NCBI GenBank assembly: GCA_016788425.1
Contig: JAEURQ010000003.1
Location: forward strand, 29,282-93,281
Reading direction: 5' to 3'
DNA length: 64,000 nt
Source: Chthonomonas sp.
Lineage (GTDB): Bacteria > Armatimonadota > Fimbriimonadia > Fimbriimonadales > Fimbriimonadaceae
Position numbers and translations under genes: made by a program. The notes beneath the pieces are model-generated. The model worked only from the letters and a program-made list of their open reading frames with translations. It was not told where the DNA came from and ran no database searches. This document shows, piece by piece, positions 19,256 to 25,608 of this stretch (its first letter is position 1; the number at the start of each line of letters is the position of its first letter).

Positions 19256-19556
19256 AACTTGAAGGTTCTACGGCACTGATCAACCGATCAGCATCGACGT
19301 GGGGAATTATACTCAGCCCGGCTCGGGCCGATTTTTCGGCGAAGCCATCAATTTTTAGGTTCTTTCGCTTATAACTGTCACATGCGTTCCGTTTTAGTTT
19401 GCGAGGCCTGAGTTCCCAGTACCCGCCTGGTTTCACACAACCGAGTAGGTCGGATGTCGGCCCTTTCATATGAGGTTTGAGAGCACAGTGACTATGGACG
19501 CTCCAGGAACTTTTTGACAAAATGTCCCCACTTCAAGTTCTCCCTGCGTGAAGCAG

Positions 19557-19565
19557 TGATACAAT
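19557..19565 (+). promoter_or_regulatory. Possible extended -10 element (TGaTACAAT) in front of the toxin island
   Basis: TGATACAAT ends 9 nt upstream of ATG 19575. I saw no convincing -35. If it is used, the mRNA would be nearly leaderless. Confidence 0.25.
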
Positions 19566-19574
19566 GAAAGGACT

Positions 19575-20078
19575 ATGGCGAGTAATCTCCGCCGGGTGCG
19601 AAGGGACTTCGTTGTTCCAGTCGCGGTAGAGCCGAAGCGATTCACACGGATCGATGATCCTAAACTTGCGCTTGAGGTTGCTGCCCGTCGTGAGAAGAAC
19701 AATCTCTCCGCAATACGTTCCGGGTTGCCTGCCGTCGGCTCAAAACTAGTCAATCGATACGGATTGGAGTTTGAAGTTGAGAGCCATGTCCACGTGCCGA
19801 CTGCGAACTCAGTCCAAAGATGGCGTGAAGGCAGTCAATCCGATGCCGACCTGTTCCCCAGCATCATCCCTCAAAATCTCAGCGCGAAGCTAACAAGCTT
19901 TGTTGCAGCGGTGGATCGTTGCACAACCAAGACACTTCTGGTCCTTGATACGATGCCCTATGCCCGCAGAGACTCGGGAGTCCCCGAAGGTCATTGGGTT
20001 GATACGATTGGGAACGGCGGAGCCAACCTGCTCTTCATTGATGCCGCTCAGATTCATGAAAACCCACTTTGCCCATGA
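19575..20078 (+). CDS. Hypothetical protein; probable N-terminal part of the downstream zincin/RHS-tip toxin gene, split by a frameshift
   Basis: The translation looks protein-like up to ...GGANLLFIDAAQIHENPLCP*. The +1 frame takes over from about 20056 with THFAHEIGHLW. No signal peptide. Confidence 0.5.
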   Translation: MASNLRRVRRDFVVPVAVEPKRFTRIDDPKLALEVAARREKNNLSAIRSGLPAVGSKLVNRYGLEFEVESHVHVPTANSVQRWREGSQSDADLFPSIIPQNLSAKLTSFVAAVDRCTTKTLLVLDTMPYARRDSGVPEGHWVDTIGNGGANLLFIDAAQIHENPLCP

Positions 20079-21537
20079 GATCGGCCACCTTTGGGTCCAG
20101 TATGTAGACCAGGCTGAAGATGAGCGAGTGATGGAGGACGTGAGCGATCCCGCCCGCTTGCATCAGCTTAGTTTCGTGCAGTCGTTCGTGACCGACCTTC
20201 GAGTCAATCAGATCATCGCGGAGAAGGGTTTCGATGTTTCGGTGATCTTCGAGGACCAGGCGGCGAGCATCGCATCACTAGGCAGGGCGATTGAAGCTGG
20301 ATATCGACCAGAGAACTCACGCGAAGGGGTCTTCATGGCACTGGCCCTAGCCGCTCAGATTCTCGAGGAACGGAGCACGAGCAAAAACGAACTTGCCAAG
20401 CTGGAAGACACCTTGGAGAAGGTCACTCGCCTTGACCCTGAACTTGCGCGCTTGGCTACGGGCTTCGCTGATGCAGTTGTCCGATATGGTTACGAAACCA
20501 AAAGTCAGATTCGATCCTCAATTGATGAATGCCTGAAACTCGCATTCGACTACTCGGGCGACGGAATCGACCTAGAGCGAGACTTGGTGATCCCACCAAT
20601 CTCTGAACCCGACTTTGACAAATATCCACAGTGGATTGAGGGTGCCTCGCCGCAAATGAAGTGCGAGGTGGGCCGGATCATGGCTCGGGAAGATATTCCC
20701 GACGGCTCAACGTGGTCTATATCGCCAGGGCCAGTCAACGCCAGCCTACTCTCCTTTGAGCTACCCGACGGAACGATTAGTGGGCCATGGACACTTGAAC
20801 ACTCGCAAACCTTTGCGACAGACATAGATAACATCCGGCGAATAAATGAAATGAATCGTCAAAACAGAGAACGACAAATGAAACACCCAACCAACGGAAT
20901 GCCAAACTTTCCTGGCCAACCCCGCCGATTTTATATGACAGGCATGGCCAGGTTTCTGACCCGCGTTCGAGAAGCAGAATGGCTTGGCGGAGAGCATCCG
21001 TATGCCTACGCCATGAACAACCCGGTGACTTACACCGATCCGAGTGGGAACAAACCCTGCTTAAACATCGACAAGGACTGCGCAAAATTCGGTGTTCCAT
21101 TCTCAGGATTTCAATCGATTGCAGAATCAGCCTGCAAAAATCTAGTTGACTGTTGGAAGGACAAGAAATGTAAGTCAGAGTTACAGGCTTGCCTGGACAA
21201 GATAGGTTGCTCGTCTGGACTCTTAGGGGATATGGTCAAGAAATGTGATGGAACTCACTGCGTTGATGTCTGGTGTTGTAAACCTGGTTGCTGTGGTTGC
21301 GAGAGCGACGGCTCTAACTTCGCACTCACGAAGAAGGGTACCTTTTACTACAATTGCGGAATAAACCTGTGTCAATCGTTCGGATCGTTAACTCATGCAA
21401 ATCAAATCGCCACTTTTTTGCATGAAGTTTCTCATTGTAGCGGCACCGATGACATTGACGGAACACTTTCCCAAAAATGCAGTGCTCAAGACGTAGAGGC
21501 ATGCATCTCTGTCGTATTCAAAAGGAACCGGCGATGA
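20056..21537 (+). CDS. Polymorphic-toxin-like protein: HExxH zincin motif, helical linker, RHS-core tip motif, Cys-rich HExxH C-terminal tail
   Basis: FAHEIGHLW sits at the N-terminus. RRFYMTGMARFLTRVREAEWLGGEHPYAYAMNNPVTYTDPSGN matches the terminal RHS/YD core pattern. The 160-aa tail has about 22 Cys and FLHEVSHC. The track ORF starts at 19900, but that extension reads as out-of-frame junk. Confidence 0.7.
   Translation: MKTHFAHEIGHLWVQYVDQAEDERVMEDVSDPARLHQLSFVQSFVTDLRVNQIIAEKGFDVSVIFEDQAASIASLGRAIEAGYRPENSREGVFMALALAAQILEERSTSKNELAKLEDTLEKVTRLDPELARLATGFADAVVRYGYETKSQIRSSIDECLKLAFDYSGDGIDLERDLVIPPISEPDFDKYPQWIEGASPQMKCEVGRIMAREDIPDGSTWSISPGPVNASLLSFELPDGTISGPWTLEHSQTFATDIDNIRRINEMNRQNRERQMKHPTNGMPNFPGQPRRFYMTGMARFLTRVREAEWLGGEHPYAYAMNNPVTYTDPSGNKPCLNIDKDCAKFGVPFSGFQSIAESACKNLVDCWKDKKCKSELQACLDKIGCSSGLLGDMVKKCDGTHCVDVWCCKPGCCGCESDGSNFALTKKGTFYYNCGINLCQSFGSLTHANQIATFLHEVSHCSGTDDIDGTLSQKCSAQDVEACISVVFKRNRR
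20857..21050 (+). repeat. Direct repeat copy 1 (pre-toxin tip region of main toxin gene)
   Basis: Aligns by eye with 21881-22077. It contains a 58-nt perfectly identical run (20909-20966 = 21936-21993). Confidence 0.9.
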
Positions 21538-21866
21538 ACAAAACTAACAAAATTGCGTTTTCCGTCGGCAGTGTTCTACTTGCGTCGGTATTGGTTCCTA
21601 CCCTTATCCCTCAAACATTCAGAGTGTACCACACGTTCTCACTTCCAGTATACTTTAACGGTGCGAAAGTCAAGCGGTACGGAGTGTCGCACCTGCACAG
21701 CCAGGTTTTTGTGTCCTATTCAAACCACACCTGCGGCTCCATCTTTACCGGCCGAAGTTTCGTGACCGTTGTAGACGATAACGGTGAAGAGAAAACATAC
21801 TACAGTTGGAAACTTTACCGCACACCAAACCCAGAACGCACCCGACTCACTCTCAGGTTTGAATGA
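21534..21866 (+). CDS. Putative cognate immunity protein 1 (small, N-terminal membrane helix)
   Basis: The ATG overlaps the toxin stop (ATGA), with an AAGGA Shine-Dalgarno 7 nt upstream. N-terminus MNKTNKIAFSVGSVLLASVLVPTLI. The call rests on position directly downstream of the toxin tail. Confidence 0.55.
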   Translation: MNKTNKIAFSVGSVLLASVLVPTLIPQTFRVYHTFSLPVYFNGAKVKRYGVSHLHSQVFVSYSNHTCGSIFTGRSFVTVVDDNGEEKTYYSWKLYRTPNPERTRLTLRFE

Positions 21867-22543
21867 GGATCGAAGTGCCACGTCAAAACAGGAAGCGATT
21901 ATTGAAACACCAGACGATCAACGGAATGCCAAACATTCCTGGCCAACCCCGCCGATTTTATATGACAGGCATGGCCAGGTTTCTGACCCGCGTCCGAGAA
22001 GCCGAATGGCTCGGCGGTGAGCACCCCTATGCCTACGCGATGAACAATCCGGTGACCTACACTGACCCAGGTGGGAATCAGCCCAAGCGGGAAGGTGTTG
22101 CCTTCGCTCCCGGATACTGGAACAGCCCGTCTGTTCAGCCGTATAACAATTGTACGAACTACGCTTACAATCGGCCCTGCACCAGATTTTATGATCCAGG
22201 AAACACAGGTGATATACTCAATCCGGATGGGACATTTAGCTGCCACAAGATTATCTCTGGGGCATTGCGCGATGGCCTGAAGTGGCCAAATCCTCGCAAG
22301 TACAAGTCCGGTTGTGGCAAAGGCTGGCACAAGGTGTGTGTTTATGTCAGCAACTCAATTCCTGATTATCATTGGTACAGACAGGATGAGACCGGATATT
22401 GGTCAAACAAGCCCGGACAAACCCCTGCTGTGAACTGCCAATTCGGAACGAATATCCCGATAACAAATCCGGAGAAAGACGCCGATCAACGATCTTACAC
22501 GAAGAAATGTGGATGCTTATGCGCGCCGAACAAGTGGTGGTAG
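21863..22543 (+). CDS. Orphan toxin cassette: duplicated RHS-tip block fused to a different Cys/His (papain-fold-like?) tail
   Basis: NGMPNIPGQPRRFYMTGMARFLTRVREAEWLGGEHPYAYAMNNPVTYTDPGGN differs at 2 of 53 residues from copy 1. The tail has NNCTNYAY ... DYHWYRQDETGYWSNKPG. Its own ATG overlaps the upstream stop (ATGA). Confidence 0.65.
   Translation: MRIEVPRQNRKRLLKHQTINGMPNIPGQPRRFYMTGMARFLTRVREAEWLGGEHPYAYAMNNPVTYTDPGGNQPKREGVAFAPGYWNSPSVQPYNNCTNYAYNRPCTRFYDPGNTGDILNPDGTFSCHKIISGALRDGLKWPNPRKYKSGCGKGWHKVCVYVSNSIPDYHWYRQDETGYWSNKPGQTPAVNCQFGTNIPITNPEKDADQRSYTKKCGCLCAPNKWW
21881..22077 (+). repeat. Direct repeat copy 2 (pre-toxin tip region of orphan cassette)
   Basis: See copy 1. There is a 3-nt indel near the 5' end. 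Downstream of the identical core I counted 13 mismatches, mostly at third codon positions. Confidence 0.9.
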
Positions 22544-23034
22544 CGCTTGTCGCGTGCCTTCTCATGTGCGGAGGTTGCAAAACGCAAACGGCAAGCAAAC
22601 ATACCATTGATAACCGAACAAGTCGCCGAACAAATCCTCTTGCAAGTAAAGCGTTCGATTACGATCACATTCCGGAAACCATCGAATCGCCTTTAGGCAA
22701 GTTAAGACTACTAACGATCGCCGAAAACCAAAGAGCCATCGATGATTGGGTGAAGTCGTTTCCGCTTCCCGCCAGGACATTTAAAGGAACTGTGCAAGGC
22801 AATCCAGAAGAGTCCTTTGTTGTGGTCGCTTATATTTCCAAATCGGGCTTTGCTTCATGGAATGTACATTTGTTTAGAAATGACCCGAATGGTCGCTGGC
22901 GTTGCTTGCTTTTCGTATCTGGACTGAATTTCGCCAAACCCGGTACGCGCATTTCAAGCGGGATGATGCCTGATACGAAGACGATTGTGCTGAAGGACGA
23001 GCGCAACAATGAGGTGGCTCGCTTCCCACTTTAA
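22507..23034 (+). CDS. Putative cognate immunity protein 2 (exported or lipoprotein-like)
   Basis: In-frame ATGs at 22507, 22513 and 22519 overlap the end of the orphan toxin. N-terminus MRAEQVVVALVACLLMCGGCKTQ is a signal/anchor with Cys. The call rests on position. Confidence 0.55.
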   Translation: MWMLMRAEQVVVALVACLLMCGGCKTQTASKHTIDNRTSRRTNPLASKAFDYDHIPETIESPLGKLRLLTIAENQRAIDDWVKSFPLPARTFKGTVQGNPEESFVVVAYISKSGFASWNVHLFRNDPNGRWRCLLFVSGLNFAKPGTRISSGMMPDTKTIVLKDERNNEVARFPL

Positions 23035-23142
23035 GTGGTCTTCCCCTGCGATTCGAAGTCTGGGAAGAATTCTTGCCCGGACCCGAACCCTGGTCGTAAT
23101 CGGCGCTTTGCTCGTACTGCGACGCCGACGTTAGACCCGTTC

Positions 23143-23157
23143 TGAACACATTGTTCA
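23143..23157. promoter_or_regulatory. Perfect 6-3-6 palindrome TGAACAcatTGTTCA upstream of the MFS gene (possible operator)
   Basis: Read directly from the sequence. It lies 36 nt upstream of ATG 23193, and a TACACT -10-like hexamer follows at 23179-23184. Confidence 0.3.
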
Positions 23158-23192
23158 ACCGAGGGCGGGCGCAGGGCGTACACTAGAGTGGA

Positions 23193-24455
23193 ATGCCCGA
23201 CGGCCGGCCCTCCATATGGAAAAATCCCGCGGCGGTGCGTTTGCTCCTCATCGCCTTGCTGGCCGAGACTGCCTTCGCCACGCTAAACCTGGCCTCGATG
23301 CCGCACTACCTGCGCTCGGATCGCCTGTTTAGCCCGGGCATGATCGCCATTATCATGGCCAGTTTTATGCTCGCGGAGGCCGTGCTCAAAAGCCCGCTCG
23401 GCCACCTTGCCGACCGCGTGGGTTGTCGCCGCTTGCTGGTCATCGCGCCGCTTCTGAGCGCGGGCAGCGCTGTGCTGACGATCCTCGCGCCACGCACCGG
23501 CACCAGCCTCGATGTCGCCGTCATGATCGGCTTGCGGCTGGTGGATGGCGCGGCGGCGGCCATGATCTGGCCGGCGATGTTCAGCGCCATGGGCGAGACG
23601 AGCGACCAGGACCTGCAGCAAGAATCGCTGAGCCTGCTGAACAGCTGCTACTTCGTGGGCATTGCCCTCGCGTTCCCGATCTCGGGGTTCATCAATCAGC
23701 TGTTCGGCGCGACCGCGCGCGGTGTCATCGGCCAGTACGCGCCGAGCTTCTTGCTTGCGTTCGTCATGTTTGTCGCCTGCGCGGTGGTCGCCGCGACCTC
23801 GACTCTGCCGCAGAAAGTAGCTCATCACGAGGACCCGAGTCATGAGCCGGGCAACCTGCTCGACGCGTTCCGCCGCATTCCGCAGTTCATGATCATGGGG
23901 GCCGTGGTTTTTGTGGCGCTCGGCCTGCCGATGACGATCATCCAGTTTTTCGCCAAGGACCAGCTGAAGCTCAGCCAAGCCGGATTTGGCGCGTTGGTGC
24001 TGCCCGGCGCCATCGCCATGGCCCTGCTGAGCGCGCCCATCAGCAAGCTCGGCAAGCGCCTCGGCACGGCCACGAGCGTCCACCTGGGGCTCGCGATTTG
24101 CCTCAGCGGCATGATCGTCATCGCTCTCGGCCAGTTCATTCCAGCTTTGCGCACGCTGCTCGCATTCGGCATTGCGGGCTTGCCGCTCGGACTCGGATTC
24201 CTGCTCGCGATCCCCGCGTGGTACACCAGCGTCAGCGAGGTAGACCCCGCCCGACGCGGCAGCAACATCGGCGCGGTGATGGCCGCGCAAGGGCTCGGCG
24301 CGATTGTTGGCGGCATCATCGGCGGCAAAATCTATGGGCTGGGCTCGGCCTACGGGCCGTTCATTCTGTGCGCCATCGCCCTGGCCGTGAGTCTTGCCCT
24401 CAGCTATCGCCTGATTCCCCCACCCCCCAAAGCGCAACCCGAAATCGAAAGCTAA
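23193..24455 (+). CDS. MFS transporter
   Basis: About 12 hydrophobic segments and the MFS loop motif GHLADRVGCRRLL between TM2 and TM3. Confidence 0.85.
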   Translation: MPDGRPSIWKNPAAVRLLLIALLAETAFATLNLASMPHYLRSDRLFSPGMIAIIMASFMLAEAVLKSPLGHLADRVGCRRLLVIAPLLSAGSAVLTILAPRTGTSLDVAVMIGLRLVDGAAAAMIWPAMFSAMGETSDQDLQQESLSLLNSCYFVGIALAFPISGFINQLFGATARGVIGQYAPSFLLAFVMFVACAVVAATSTLPQKVAHHEDPSHEPGNLLDAFRRIPQFMIMGAVVFVALGLPMTIIQFFAKDQLKLSQAGFGALVLPGAIAMALLSAPISKLGKRLGTATSVHLGLAICLSGMIVIALGQFIPALRTLLAFGIAGLPLGLGFLLAIPAWYTSVSEVDPARRGSNIGAVMAAQGLGAIVGGIIGGKIYGLGSAYGPFILCAIALAVSLALSYRLIPPPPKAQPEIES

Positions 24456-24485
24456 CCGCCTGCCTCCGGTAAACTTACAGGCACT

Positions 24486-25496
24486 ATGGCAGTCCGCATT
24501 GGTATTAACGGGTTTGGTCGTATTGGCCGCCTTTCGCTCCGCACCCTGCTCGCCCGCTACAAGGGCCAGTTCGACGTTGTGGCCGTCAACGACCTGACCG
24601 ACTGCCGCACAAACGCGTACCTGTTTAAGTACGACTCGGTGTACGGACCCTTCGCCGGCCAAGTCGAGAACGACGACAAGTCGATCACCGTAGATGGCGA
24701 CAAGATCACCGTGTTTGCCCAGACAGATCCGGCTCAGATTCCCTGGGGCGAAATGGGCTGCGATATCGTGATCGAAGCCACCGGCCGCTTTACCGACGCC
24801 AACCTGGCCGTGGCCCACAAAACAGGCGGCGCAAAGAAGGTCATTATCTCGGCTCCCGCCAAAAACGAAGACGTGACGATTGTGCTCGGCGTGAACGACA
24901 ACATGTACGATCCGGCCAACCACCACGTGATTTCCAACGCGTCGTGCACCACCAACGGCCTCGCGCCGGTCGCCAAGATTCTGCACGAGAAGTTCGGCAT
25001 CGAAAAGGGCCTGCTGACCACGGTCCACGCCTATACCAACTCGCAAAGCACGGTGGACACCGCCAAGAAGGATTTGCGCGACAGCCGAGCCGCCGCGGAG
25101 AACATCGTCCCGAGTTCGACCGGCGCGGCCAAGGCCGTTGGCTTGGTCATTCCCGAGCTTAAGGGCAAGTTCACCGGCATGGCGTTCCGCGTGCCAACTC
25201 CGACCGTTTCGGTCGTGGACTTCACCGCGATTCTTGGCAAGGAAACCTCGCCCGAGGAGATCAATGCGGCCGTGAAATCGTACGCCGACGGTCCGATGAA
25301 GGGCATCCTGCGCTACTCCGATGAAGAGCTGGTCTCGAGCGATCTGAAGGGCGACGCGCATAGCAGCATCTTCAGCGCGGTGGACACCATCGGCATGGGC
25401 AACTTCGTCAAGGTCGTCTCGTGGTACGACAACGAGTGGGGCTACAGCTGCCGTATCGCCGATCTCGTGAAGTTCATCAGCGACAAGGGCCTGTAA
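24486..25496 (+). CDS. gap: Glyceraldehyde-3-phosphate dehydrogenase
   Basis: IGINGFGRIGR, the active site SNASCTTN, and WYDNEWGYS. Confidence 0.97.
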   Translation: MAVRIGINGFGRIGRLSLRTLLARYKGQFDVVAVNDLTDCRTNAYLFKYDSVYGPFAGQVENDDKSITVDGDKITVFAQTDPAQIPWGEMGCDIVIEATGRFTDANLAVAHKTGGAKKVIISAPAKNEDVTIVLGVNDNMYDPANHHVISNASCTTNGLAPVAKILHEKFGIEKGLLTTVHAYTNSQSTVDTAKKDLRDSRAAAENIVPSSTGAAKAVGLVIPELKGKFTGMAFRVPTPTVSVVDFTAILGKETSPEEINAAVKSYADGPMKGILRYSDEELVSSDLKGDAHSSIFSAVDTIGMGNFVKVVSWYDNEWGYSCRIADLVKFISDKGL

Positions 25497-25508
25497 GCCA
25501 AACCTCGA

Positions 25509-25539
25509 CCCCCGCGGCTGATTACCGCGGGGGTTTTTT
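25509..25539 (+). terminator. Rho-independent terminator of gap
   Basis: CCCCCGCGG-ctgatta-CCGCGGGGG followed by TTTTTT. Confidence 0.85.
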
Positions 25540-25608
25540 CGTCGGTAAAGTTGCGGGGGTCGCGCTGCACAGCTGGAGAACCAACGCTCGTTCTAGTACA
25601 CTGATAGG

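Noticed and set aside
19900-20055. N-terminal 52 codons of track ORF 19900-21537
   Set aside because: The translation (MLQRWIVAQPRHFWSLIRCPMPAETRESPKV...) looks out of frame, while the overlapping frame of ORF 19575-20078 looks genuine. I treated the region as a frame switch rather than as real coding sequence.
19256-23192. Possibility that the AT-richer island is an integrative mobile element or prophage remnant
   Set aside because: There is no integrase, transposase, tRNA gene, phage gene or flanking direct repeat that I could find by eye. Only the compositional shift supports horizontal origin.
23283-25361. Very long (692 aa) minus-strand ORF spanning the MFS and gap genes
   Set aside because: It is antisense to two genes with unambiguous motifs. 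Its translation is low-complexity and R/G/A/H/D-rich, as expected of shadow ORFs in GC-rich DNA.
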